NCBI GenBank assembly: GCA_963796275.1
Contig: CAWCKY010000002.1
Span: forward strand, 512,001-576,000
DNA from: an uncultured Acidobacteriota bacterium
GTDB lineage: Bacteria > Acidobacteriota > Blastocatellia > RBC074
Direction: 5' to 3'
Length of the DNA: 64,000 nucleotides
The notes under the pieces were generated by a model. The model saw nothing but the letters and a program-made list of their open reading frames with translations, had not been told where the DNA came from and searched no databases. Below are positions 1-8,983 of this stretch, in pieces; position 1 is the first letter of the stretch, and every line of letters starts with the position of its first letter. Both the position numbers and the translations under genes were made by a program.

Positions 1-85
1 GTGCCGATTTGCCCGCCGGTGAACTCACACTTGCCAGAAATATAATCGCAAGAAACGCTCCTAGATTCTTCTTCATAAACTTCAT
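1..85 (-). CDS. 5' end of a probable secreted protein running off the window edge
   Basis: Minus-strand reading MKFMKKNLGAFLAIIFLASVSSPAGKSA looks like a Sec signal peptide and is open to base 1. Confidence 0.45.
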   Translation of the reverse strand, partial: MKFMKKNLGAFLAIIFLASVSSPAGKSA

Positions 86-338
86 ATCGACACCCGCACG
101 CCATCCGCTCGCTTCTGTAAAACACTCATTTCATGCCCTCCGTTATAATTTTTTGGACACGAATTCTTCTTTCGTGTAATGCGATTGGCGAAATCTGCTC
201 TTTTCTACCACTACTGTTATTTGATTCAAAGCAAGTCTTGCCCGCGTAATGCACCCTTATGCTACGATTAGGCCGTTCAAGTCTTGAGAATAGCCTGATT
301 TCTGGCTCATATTTCCCTCACAGAATGTTCACAGTGCT

Positions 339-1982
339 ATGTTGAATCAATCTGGCAACATTTATGAGTTCGGCCCCTTTCGCCTCGATTCCGCCGATAA
401 GACTTTATGGCAAGACGGGCAGCCTGTGCCTCTCACGCCGAAGGCTTTCGACACACTGCTCATCCTCGTGGAAAATAACGGACATCTGGTTGAAAAAGAC
501 GAGCTAATCAGACGACTCTGGCCCGACAGTTTTGTGGATGAGAACAGCCTGCCGCAAAACATTTACCTGCTCAGGAAGGCGCTCGAAAAAGGATCGCCGG
601 CGCAACTGGGGCAGGGGCCGCTGGGGGAGGGACAACTGGGGCAGATACAACGCTACATTGTAACCGTCCCGCGGCGCGGATATCGCTTCATCGCTCCGGT
701 ACGGAAGGTGTGCGGCGAAACTGGCGAGTTGGCCATCGAGCAGAAAAACCAAATTGATTCAGGTGGACCGCCGTCAGAAAGTGATCCCCCCTCCTTAATA
801 CATCCCACCGCATCCATTGACGGTTTGCGTAGAAACATTTATCCCATCGCATTTTTCTCGCTACTGTTAATCGCGTTATTTGCGGGTTGGAGTTTAAGGG
901 GCGTAACTCGCCGGTCTGCCGCAACGCCTACCGTACAGAACGTCGCCGCGCCCCCCTTCAAGCCGCAGGTGGAGCAGAGTCGGACGGATAACGCCGAAGC
1001 ATATCAGGATTATGCGCGCGGCCGCTTTTTCTGGGGCAAGCGCACGGAAGAGGGAATGACGCGCAGCATCACCTGCTTCAAACAGGCACTTGAAAAGGAT
1101 GCGCGATACGCCCTGGCCTGGGCCGGGCTGGCTGATGCTTATGCTGTGAGCGCCTACCTTGGCTACCAGGTCCTGCCAGAACAAGAAGCATATCAACAAG
1201 CTCAGTCCGCCGCTTTGAGAGCGCTCGAACTCGACAATACGCTGGCCGAAGCTCATTCCGCCCTGTCTGTGGTGAAGGCTTACCGCGATTACGACTTGCG
1301 CGGAGCTGAAGCCGCCGCCAGACAAGCCGTCGCTCTGCAAACCAATAACGCGACGGCGCATCAGCGCCATTCCATTTTCCTGCGCGACCAGGGGCGGCTG
1401 GAGGAAGCACTGACCGCGGTTAAACGCGCGCAGGAGATTGATCCGCTCTCGCCAGCGATAGGCAGCAATCTGGCTTATATCTTATATCTGCGGCGCGACT
1501 ATGAGAGCGTCGTCGCGCAATGTGGCAAGGTGCTGGAGACCGAGCCGGATTATTTTCAGACATTGCTCGTGCTGGGGATGACTTACGAACGACAAAATAA
1601 GCATGACGAAGCAATCGCCGTACTGGGAAGGGCCAGAGAACAGCGCCGAGGGCGGAACGGAGTTTACTTGAACACGCTGGAAGCACTCGGCCACGCTTAC
1701 GCGGCGGCCGGACGCCGAGCGGAAGCCGAGCAAATACTCGTGGAGCTATCAACGATACCCGCGCCGCCCGGAGATAAAGAATATTATTCGGCATTGATTC
1801 GCTCCGGATTGAGCGTGAATGAACAGGTCTTCGCATTGCTCGAAACCAGTTCCAAGAGTTGGCAAACCACGCCGGTCGCCCTCACGCTTGACCCGAGGTT
1901 TGACGAGCTCAGGTCAGACGCCAGATATAAATCTCTCTTCAAAACAAAAAGACTCGCACGCTTCTTACCATTCTCATCGTAG
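339..1982 (+). CDS. Winged-helix (OmpR/CadC-type) transcriptional regulator with TM segment and TPR repeats
   Basis: N-terminal YEFGPFRLD...LTPKAFDTL...YIVTVPRRGYRF trans_reg_C signature, hydrophobic segment near aa 167-186, C-terminal TPRs (YALAWAGLADAY, ALELDNTLAEAH). Confidence 0.85.
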   Translation: MLNQSGNIYEFGPFRLDSADKTLWQDGQPVPLTPKAFDTLLILVENNGHLVEKDELIRRLWPDSFVDENSLPQNIYLLRKALEKGSPAQLGQGPLGEGQLGQIQRYIVTVPRRGYRFIAPVRKVCGETGELAIEQKNQIDSGGPPSESDPPSLIHPTASIDGLRRNIYPIAFFSLLLIALFAGWSLRGVTRRSAATPTVQNVAAPPFKPQVEQSRTDNAEAYQDYARGRFFWGKRTEEGMTRSITCFKQALEKDARYALAWAGLADAYAVSAYLGYQVLPEQEAYQQAQSAALRALELDNTLAEAHSALSVVKAYRDYDLRGAEAAARQAVALQTNNATAHQRHSIFLRDQGRLEEALTAVKRAQEIDPLSPAIGSNLAYILYLRRDYESVVAQCGKVLETEPDYFQTLLVLGMTYERQNKHDEAIAVLGRAREQRRGRNGVYLNTLEALGHAYAAAGRRAEAEQILVELSTIPAPPGDKEYYSALIRSGLSVNEQVFALLETSSKSWQTTPVALTLDPRFDELRSDARYKSLFKTKRLARFLPFSS

Positions 1983-2197
1983 ATCGCTTCGGAGTTCGAT
2001 GCGGCTGCTCGATCGACTGGCCTGTTCTTGACAAGCAACAGATTGTCATTAGTATGTACCGGCATCAATGACTCAATTATCCGGCATCTATATGGATGCA
2101 ATACGACGACAGTTAAATGCAATGGAATGAACTCCCGGGTCGGTATTGCACTCTCTCCTAAAAATATCTAGCAAGGCAGTCACCAGAGAGGAATTTC

Positions 2198-2950
2198 ATG
2201 AAGAGACAAGCCTTATTACGGAACTTTTGCCTATCGATTTTTGCCATTTGTCAGTTGATTGCCTTGAAGGAGCCCGCTGAGCCCTCAAATCAACAAAAGT
2301 TACGAATCCTGATCGTTACCGGCGGCCATGATTTCGAGGAGAAGGAATTTTTCCAGATGTTTAATGAAATGGAGGGTGTTACCTGGACACATGTCCGGTA
2401 TCAACAAGACGCCGTACGGTATTTTAAACCCGAAAACGCTGGTTCCTATGACGTGATGGTCTTCTACGACATGCATCAAAACCATGAAACGCACTATCAG
2501 GACTGGCTTAAGGTGTTGGAGAAAGGCAAGCCTTCTATATTCCTGCATCATACGCTGGGGTCCTACATGAATTGGGACGCCTACGGCGATATCCTCGGAG
2601 GCTGGGCGAACTTTGGCGGGAAAAGAGCGAAAGGTAGTCCAATCAGCACCTTCAAACACGATGTAAATTTCAAGGTTCACATCGCCGATCCGAACCACCC
2701 GATAACGAAAGGGCTCCAGGACTTCGAGATATTCGATGAAACGTATAACCACTTCGAGGTGAATCCCGGAGTTCACGTCCTGCTTACCACAAACCATCCG
2801 ACCAGCGGTAAAGTCATCGCTTGGACGCATAGATACAAGAATTCACCCGTCGTCTATATACAATTGGGTCACGGCCCCGGGGCATACAATAATCCCAATT
2901 TCAGAACGCTGTTGGGAAGATCGATCCGCTGGGCGGCGGAGAAAAAGTAG
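2198..2950 (+). CDS. ThuA-like (class I glutamine amidotransferase-like fold) exported protein
   Basis: ILIVTGGHDF, HPITKGL, DETY, IAWTH, YIQLGHG motifs; signal-peptide-like N-terminus. Confidence 0.8.
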   Translation: MKRQALLRNFCLSIFAICQLIALKEPAEPSNQQKLRILIVTGGHDFEEKEFFQMFNEMEGVTWTHVRYQQDAVRYFKPENAGSYDVMVFYDMHQNHETHYQDWLKVLEKGKPSIFLHHTLGSYMNWDAYGDILGGWANFGGKRAKGSPISTFKHDVNFKVHIADPNHPITKGLQDFEIFDETYNHFEVNPGVHVLLTTNHPTSGKVIAWTHRYKNSPVVYIQLGHGPGAYNNPNFRTLLGRSIRWAAEKK

Positions 2951-3012
2951 ATTAGTCGTCAGATTTCAGTTGGAGTAGATCCGATCGATACTTACACAAA
3001 AGCCAAAGAAAG

Positions 3013-3322
3013 CCCCTTGCTTTAGCGGTTGTCATCAAATCTTGGGCAATTCGCGATCATTGCGTTTCGTAATGAAAAGGGCGGTGGAGATAAGCCGTGG
3101 TGGAGCGCAGCGGAACCACCGGTAGCCGTGCACACTCACATCGCACCTCGGCAGGGGTGCTGGATGGAGTTCTGAATTGCTAAATCTTCTCTTCATCGTG
3201 TCTGGTCCGGGCACTACTGTGGCGCAAAGGTAATAACTATGGTCGGTCCGGTGGTTACATTCCGCTGCATATCCGGGGGCAAAACCCAAAAGATTTGGTA
3301 ATGACAAAGCTTCAGCGAGGGG
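3013..3322. repeat. REPIN/MITE-like non-coding element with imperfect terminal inverted repeats
   Basis: 3013-3043 CCCCTTGCTTTAGCGGTTGTCATCAAATCTT pairs imperfectly with 3290-3322; internal GC-rich palindromes (GGTGGAGCGCAGCGGAACCACCGG and a degenerate inverted copy near 3247-3270). Confidence 0.55.
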
Positions 3323-3382
3323 ATGATTTTGGCACGGTGCGAAGAATCCCGCTGCTGTTAGCGGTGAGAGTGACAATTCTTC

Positions 3383-4606
3383 TCAACGGATCTCGACATA
3401 ATCAACGCGCGCGTGTTCACCATCCTCGCGACCGGCGACCACCCTGATCTCGGCACCGTTGGCGATTGAGATGCCGGTGAATGTCCGGGCCTTCCACGTA
3501 TGATCGTCGACGTTTGCGGTCCACGAGCCAACCGTGAAACCGCCCACCTGTAAATTGAAGGTGACCTGGCCATCGATCTCGTCGTGGTAGCGAATCGTAA
3601 CATCGTAAGTTCCGGAAGCGCCGGTGAACGTGGTGCGGACGTTGCCGGGCGTGTTCGATATCGCCCGGGCGCTAGTCTCGCCTTCGAATTCATTGGTCTC
3701 GTAACCGGTCTTGGTCATGTTCTCGGCCTCGATCCGGACCATGCCGCCACTACCAGTCGCGCTGGGGCACTGGCTGGCGCTGGTCTCCGAGACGCACCAG
3801 TCAGCGAACAGAACGGTCTCATCGCGCAGGGAAGAAAGACTGTTCAGGCTGCGATAGATTCCCCATTTGCCCCGGTTGTAGTTGTTTCCCGCCCTCCAGG
3901 TATCGACAGTACTGCTGTTCCAAGAGACCAGTGTGGCCCCGTCGCTCAGCCTCTTGATGGAGAGTTGGATATTCCCCGAGTCCGCACTCCGGTACTGCAC
4001 GAACGCTTCAACCCATACGTTACGGAACGGCGCAAGGTCTGCCTGGGCTTTGACGCCTCCGCCCGATTGGCCGGAGGGCGGCGTGAAGATGATCTCGAGG
4101 CGGTCCGGACTGCCGGCGCGAGGTGTGATCGTTAGGATGGGGGATCCGGCGTCGCTACCAGCTTGCGCCTTGATCTGGAAGATGTGGGTGAAGTTCGGTG
4201 AGGCCTGGAACCCTGACGGGAGCCGGAACTTCCAGCGATAATATGCCGTCTGCCCGTTGGCGTGCTGAAGAATATCTTGATTGGCGCTGCCGGGAGCCGT
4301 CTTGACCTCCAGTCGCTGCCGGTCGAAGTTGGTGCAGCGATCGTCGTCCAGGTCGCGGTGAATATCGAAGGCGAAGACGTTCTTGCCAAGCGTGCTGTCG
4401 AAGACCTCGCGAATGTGCCTCACGGCATGGCCGCAATCCGGTGTCTCGAGGCCGAACCCTTTGGACTCGAGAAGTTCGTACGTGTTGCCCGGCCCATCGG
4501 CGGAGATCGTGACCTGAGCATTCGAAATCAGCGGAGATAGAACGGTAACCGCAAAACACACTAAGCCAAGCGTCAGCGCACGGCTCACCATGATCGACAT
4601 TTCCAT
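3383..4606 (-). CDS. Secreted polysaccharide lyase-like protein (beta-jelly-roll, heparin lyase I/PL7-like) with C-terminal CBM6/CBM35-like module
   Basis: Signal peptide; RQRLEVK, YRWKFRLP, THIFQIKA, KWGIYRS motifs; C-terminal RIEAENM...ARVDYVEIR carbohydrate-binding module pattern. Confidence 0.7.
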   Translation of the reverse strand: MEMSIMVSRALTLGLVCFAVTVLSPLISNAQVTISADGPGNTYELLESKGFGLETPDCGHAVRHIREVFDSTLGKNVFAFDIHRDLDDDRCTNFDRQRLEVKTAPGSANQDILQHANGQTAYYRWKFRLPSGFQASPNFTHIFQIKAQAGSDAGSPILTITPRAGSPDRLEIIFTPPSGQSGGGVKAQADLAPFRNVWVEAFVQYRSADSGNIQLSIKRLSDGATLVSWNSSTVDTWRAGNNYNRGKWGIYRSLNSLSSLRDETVLFADWCVSETSASQCPSATGSGGMVRIEAENMTKTGYETNEFEGETSARAISNTPGNVRTTFTGASGTYDVTIRYHDEIDGQVTFNLQVGGFTVGSWTANVDDHTWKARTFTGISIANGAEIRVVAGREDGEHARVDYVEIR

Positions 4607-4654
4607 ACTTTCCCTTTCATATTTTTTGGTGGAATGGCTGTTGAGCGTATAGCG

Positions 4655-4830
4655 TGGTCAGACCAAATGACAGCCGACCGAGCAATTCGGGTAAAACCAT
4701 CACTCAACCTCTTTTATTTGACCGGCAGGTGGCGCACGAAATCAGACGGCTTTACTACAATCTTTATTAGCCCCCCTGCTCTCAAATCTTCAGTGGGATG
4801 TCTGGTTGATTCTACTTGGTGGTATGACCA
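4655..4830. promoter_or_regulatory. Three GntR/FadR-type operator-like palindromes (GGT-N3-ACC) upstream of the lyase gene
   Basis: TGGTCAGACCA 4655-4665, GGGTAAAACCA 4689-4699, TGGTATGACCA 4820-4830. Confidence 0.5.
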
Positions 4831-5046
4831 AAATACAATAGTCAATATATAAGGTAGACCAATAATCAATCCTGCAGTAAATAGTAGAAGAAGGCGCGCG
4901 CGTACATCAGAATTTGAGATTCACAAAAAATCAGAAAAGGAGATCACAGACACAAAAGAGGGAGGCGGAAAGAAGCCTATCTCCTAACCTCTCCCTCTCG
5001 TATTTTGCGATCTCCTATTTGTATGTAGTCCCACATCTCGCCGGAG

Positions 5047-5880
5047 TCATTCGACCCAGGAGACGAACGGCCGACCGTATAGCGCTCCGATAAACAGCAG
5101 AAGCGCTAAAAGTCCATACGTGACTCCTATTAATTGCACCCATCTCACAGAATTGAGTTTCAGCATTGTGCTGCGAGGTGAAGCGAATAGGACTCCGATG
5201 AGAGGCATGACCTGCAGCGAGTGTATACCGAAGAAGTGCGCCACGCGCAGGTCTCCTGCGCTCGTGCTCCAGTTCAAAATCGGCACTCCGGCTCCGCCGT
5301 CAGGCACGCCAACGCTATGCGCTCCGTTACCTATCATGGCGAATCCTTCGAGGCTCGCGAGAATGAAGATCACGAGCCCCAGCCGTATGCCCCAGAGATA
5401 GGGTGCCGGTATTTTTGCATCGGACCTCCAGAATCTCATCGCAACATAGGCTGCAGCCAGGATGTTGAGAACGATAGACGCGCCCATCGCCGCGAAGACC
5501 GCGATGTCGAAAGCGGTCGCCCGATTGAAATGTGAAGTCACGCCTCTGGCTGCCTGCATAGTTATGAGTACTATCTCGATGACGAGTGTGCCTGCGAGAA
5601 TCCAGTTGATCCGCCGCTTCACTTCCGCTCGCAGCGGTATTTCCCCGAGGATCCAGGCCATCGTAAACAGGTAGATCGCGATCGAGATCGCAAACTTCAT
5701 CGGCTTGATCCATGGGTTGATGCCCATAACGGTTCGTCCGTCGAAGGGCGCAATCAGCAGCATTATGGATAGCAGCGCGAGATGTGCTATGCCGAGGCCG
5801 AACAGCAGCGGGTTGCGCCTGTACAATTCATGAACGAAGCCCGAAGATTTCGTCTGTATGAGATTGAACGTCGAATCCAT
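5047..5880 (-). CDS. Conserved multi-pass membrane protein of unknown function
   Basis: About 7 hydrophobic segments; NPWIKPMKF, QAARGVTSHFN, GDLRVAHFFGIHSLQ conserved-looking motifs; 28 bp downstream of the ABA4-like gene. Confidence 0.75.
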   Translation of the reverse strand: MDSTFNLIQTKSSGFVHELYRRNPLLFGLGIAHLALLSIMLLIAPFDGRTVMGINPWIKPMKFAISIAIYLFTMAWILGEIPLRAEVKRRINWILAGTLVIEIVLITMQAARGVTSHFNRATAFDIAVFAAMGASIVLNILAAAYVAMRFWRSDAKIPAPYLWGIRLGLVIFILASLEGFAMIGNGAHSVGVPDGGAGVPILNWSTSAGDLRVAHFFGIHSLQVMPLIGVLFASPRSTMLKLNSVRWVQLIGVTYGLLALLLFIGALYGRPFVSWVE

Positions 5881-5908
5881 CGTCTTAACTCCTTACTTGA
5901 GAACTATG

Positions 5909-6349
5909 CTAACAGGTAGAGCCTGCGCGCTCGGGAACATCTCCCTTTACGCGGCGGAACAGCAGATAGAGGAGGAAGCCGCACGGCCCCAGCATGAGCG
6001 TCAGGTAGAGCATTGGCGCCATGAGCCATGCCGATAATCCTCGGTCGCGGCTGTCGAGATATATCCATCGCCCGACGAGGAGATCGAAGGCCAGAAAGTG
6101 AAGCCAGGCGATGGTCGCTCCTGCCGGTGAACCGAGCAGGCCGGCTATTCCAGCCAGGCTGGGCCGCGCGACCAGCGGCCAGACCTGGGCCAGCCGGGGA
6201 AACACCAACGCCGCATAGAGAACCGCCGGCAGCGCCGCGATGAGCGGCGAACCGATCAGGCGCCTGGTCACACGCCAATGCGGCAGAAAGATCATCAGCG
6301 CCCAAACGGGCAGGACGAAAAAACTGCTTACTGCAAATATGGTTTCCAC
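5909..6349 (-). CDS. ABA4-like (DUF4281) membrane protein
   Basis: LPVWALMIFLP.W..T, AWLHFLAFDLLVGRWI, LTLMLGPCGFLLY family signature. Confidence 0.85.
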   Translation of the reverse strand: METIFAVSSFFVLPVWALMIFLPHWRVTRRLIGSPLIAALPAVLYAALVFPRLAQVWPLVARPSLAGIAGLLGSPAGATIAWLHFLAFDLLVGRWIYLDSRDRGLSAWLMAPMLYLTLMLGPCGFLLYLLFRRVKGDVPERAGSTC

Positions 6350-6386
6350 GATTACCGCCTTCTATTCCTTAACGTAATAATTTTGA

Positions 6387-6399
6387 TTAACAGTGTTAA
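6387..6399. promoter_or_regulatory. Probable TetR operator upstream of the ABA4-like gene
   Basis: Palindrome TTAACAGTGTTAA, same core as the site at 7130-7144. Confidence 0.6.
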
Positions 6400-6417
6400 C
6401 CTTCATTCGAAAAAAAT

Positions 6418-7068
6418 TTACTTTTGTCGCAGGCCGTCCATCATCATCTTCATGGCCAGGCGGGTGCTCTTCTCCACCATATCCGGGGTGAACCGTTTCG
6501 GGTTGGCCAGCGCCAGCGAGGTGATCCCGTGCACCAGAGACCATATGACGTGGCTATAGACGCTCACGTCACCCTGCTTCAGGATACCCGCATCCATCGC
6601 CTGGCTTACGGCATGCCGTAAGGTATCGAAAGACGCGATCATCGGCGGGGTTTGTTGCCTCCGGCTCTCGAAGAGGAGATCCGCCCGCTGCATGAACATC
6701 ATCTGGTAGTAGATCGGCGACTCCAGCCCGAACCTGACGTATGCCTGCCCCAACGCTTCGAGACGTTTAAGCGGGCTTGCCGTATGCTCTGCGGCAGCGG
6801 CGAGACGCTCGGCAAACTCGACGAAACCTTCGTGAACGACGGCGAAGAGAAGATCGTCCTTATCTTCATAATACCGATAAATGGTCGTGGCGGAATACCC
6901 GATCCGCTCGGCTACCCTGCGCATCGAAAATCCCTCGTAGCCATGTTCGAGGAAAAGCTCGCCGGCCGCCTTCAGAATAGTTCGGCGCAACCCCTTCTTC
7001 TGCTCATCGCGCCGTTCCCTGCTCGCGTGGCGCACCCGCTCGGCCTGCGTGGGTTCGTTTTTTTTCAT
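6418..7068 (-). CDS. TetR/AcrR family transcriptional regulator (WHG-like C-terminus)
   Basis: ILKAAGELFLEHGYEGFSMRRVAERIGYSATTIYRYY HTH; IWSLVHG motif. Confidence 0.92.
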   Translation of the reverse strand: MKKNEPTQAERVRHASRERRDEQKKGLRRTILKAAGELFLEHGYEGFSMRRVAERIGYSATTIYRYYEDKDDLLFAVVHEGFVEFAERLAAAAEHTASPLKRLEALGQAYVRFGLESPIYYQMMFMQRADLLFESRRQQTPPMIASFDTLRHAVSQAMDAGILKQGDVSVYSHVIWSLVHGITSLALANPKRFTPDMVEKSTRLAMKMMMDGLRQK

Positions 7069-7129
7069 TCGTTTTTCTCATTGCATCTTATCGCTTCTTA
7101 TTGCCTCTTATTGCTGCATACTCAGAATA

Positions 7130-7144
7130 CGTAACACTGTTACG
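7130..7144. promoter_or_regulatory. Probable TetR autoregulatory operator
   Basis: Palindrome CGTAACACTGTTACG about 60 bp upstream of the tetR start. Confidence 0.6.
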
Positions 7145-7405
7145 AAACATAACTCCGATATACAATTTTGTCAACCCGAAGCCGATCCTTCCATGACGGA
7201 GCTATGTGCTTTCCGCTACGGAATTGATGGACACGAATGGATAACGAGTGAGCGCGAAAACCCAATAGATTGTGGAGTCAATAATTCTACGTGGATTTAA
7301 TTCGCTCCAGCCCCAGGTTCGGCTGTAACTGTTTGGCATCATGTGTGCTCCCCCATGCTCACGATGGGTGCACTAAAATTGATTGTGGTTGATTTTCTTC
7401 TCTGA

Positions 7406-7492
7406 ATGATGGCTGTTGCCGCAATTGCGGGTTATCTCCCTGCGTGACGAGCGTCGCGCCTGGATCCTGTCGAATCTCTACGAGCCGAATAG
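7406..7492 (+). pseudogene. C-terminal remnant of an ABC transporter permease (MacB/FtsX-like, acidobacterial ADOP type)
   Basis: Reads MMAVAAIAGYLPA*RASRLDPVESLRAE*; the canonical ending is YLPARRASRxDPxxALRxE, here with CGA changed to a TGA stop and no upstream gene body. Confidence 0.7.
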
Positions 7493-7599
7493 GGTTCGAC
7501 TTGCCAGGGACTTCGCATCTTTCCTTGGGCGTCACAAAAAATCATGAAGCAGAAATTTGGTGGCTAATCATTTTTATCATTACCTAGATTTTTCATGCT

Positions 7600-8895
7600 T
7601 CAACCGCCTTCGATCCGGCGCCCGCGAGTCTCCGGAAGAGTCAACATCAACGCTGCCCCTGCTACAAAAAATGCCGAGGTCAACGCCAGCGCAGTCCCGA
7701 GTCCGCGAGTTATCGCCAGCGCACCGATTGTGTAAGGAGCAAGCCCGCCCAGAATGCGTCCGACGTTGTATGTGAAGCCTTGCGCGGTCGCCCTCACACG
7801 CGTATCGAACAGCTCAGAAAGCATAGCGCCGAAGACGCTGAAGTATCCGTGACTGAAAAACCCCAATAATGGCCCGGTCGCCATCAGCACCCATGGGCTG
7901 CGCGCCATATGGCCATAGAATGGGACCAAAACGGCAGCGGCAAGCAGAAAAACGATAAACGCCGGGCGTCGGCCTATGCGGTCGGAGATGAATCCGAATG
8001 ATAAGTAACCGAAAAACGCCCCTATCTGCGTCGGGATGATCCAGGCGGCCGATTTCACTATGCTCATTCCGGCGCCGCCCTGTTCCACCGGAGTCGCGAG
8101 AAATCCGGGCATCCAGGTGAATATCCCCCAGTAACCGAACATCACCATCGAAGTTACCAGTGAGGCTTTCAACGTGCGACCTATACGCTCACGGCTGAAG
8201 ATCAACGCGATCGTAATGACCGCGCTCGAAAGAGAGCCGGTTTGAGACGTATCGTGTCCTTTTCTTTGTTCAGACCAGACCGCGGGCTCTTGTACATTCC
8301 TGCGTATCCAGAATACAAACAATGCGGGCAGCACACCCACGACGAAGAGCCATCGCCAACCGAGCGTCGGCAAAATGGCTGCCGCAGTGAGAGCCGCCAG
8401 TATGTACCCGATCGCCCAACCGGATTGCATGATTCCGATAGCCTTGCCCCTATGCTCCGCGGGCCAGGTTTCACTGACGAGCACGGCCCCCGATGCCCAC
8501 TCCCCTCCCATACCTATACCTACGGCTATGCGCCAGAGCATCAATTGAGTAAAGTTTTGCGCCGTTGCTGTCCCGAGCGTCGCAAAGGAATAGATGAGGA
8601 TGGTGGCCATCAGAGCTCGCGTGCGGCCGAAATAATCGGCCACCACGCCGAACAATAATCCTCCGATGGCTGAGGCGATCAACGCTCCCGTGGCGAGCAG
8701 GCCCACCTGTGCGGTATTGAAGCCGAATGCATCCATCAATGATTTGATCGCCATCAGAAAGAGGACGAAATCCAGCGCATCGAGCATCCATCCCAGTTGC
8801 GCCGCGACCAAGGTGTTCCACTGCTCCCGCTTTATCGTGCGATACCACGCAACAGCCTCACCATGCGCCTCAATCGATTGATCGGTTATGGCCAC
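7600..8895 (-). CDS. MFS transporter (SHS/AAHS-like organic acid permease)
   Basis: GWMLDALD, ADYFGRTR, GMGGEW, SETWPAEHRG, SDRIGRR, LPETRG motifs; about 12 TM segments. Confidence 0.9.
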   Translation of the reverse strand: MAITDQSIEAHGEAVAWYRTIKREQWNTLVAAQLGWMLDALDFVLFLMAIKSLMDAFGFNTAQVGLLATGALIASAIGGLLFGVVADYFGRTRALMATILIYSFATLGTATAQNFTQLMLWRIAVGIGMGGEWASGAVLVSETWPAEHRGKAIGIMQSGWAIGYILAALTAAAILPTLGWRWLFVVGVLPALFVFWIRRNVQEPAVWSEQRKGHDTSQTGSLSSAVITIALIFSRERIGRTLKASLVTSMVMFGYWGIFTWMPGFLATPVEQGGAGMSIVKSAAWIIPTQIGAFFGYLSFGFISDRIGRRPAFIVFLLAAAVLVPFYGHMARSPWVLMATGPLLGFFSHGYFSVFGAMLSELFDTRVRATAQGFTYNVGRILGGLAPYTIGALAITRGLGTALALTSAFFVAGAALMLTLPETRGRRIEGG

Positions 8896-8983
8896 ATTCG
8901 CCCCCTCTCAGTTTGATAATAGAACCACGGGGAACACAGGAAGCACGGGTCTTTGACGGGTGTGTTTCTTTCCAACTCATTTT

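Noticed and set aside
3035-3376. 113-aa minus-strand ORF overlapping the palindromic element
   Set aside because: No recognisable motifs; better explained as an incidental frame across a REP/MITE-like element
7445-7447. Selenocysteine TGA in the permease fragment
   Set aside because: The position is a conserved Arg (CGA to TGA transition) in a gene remnant, not a Cys-equivalent site
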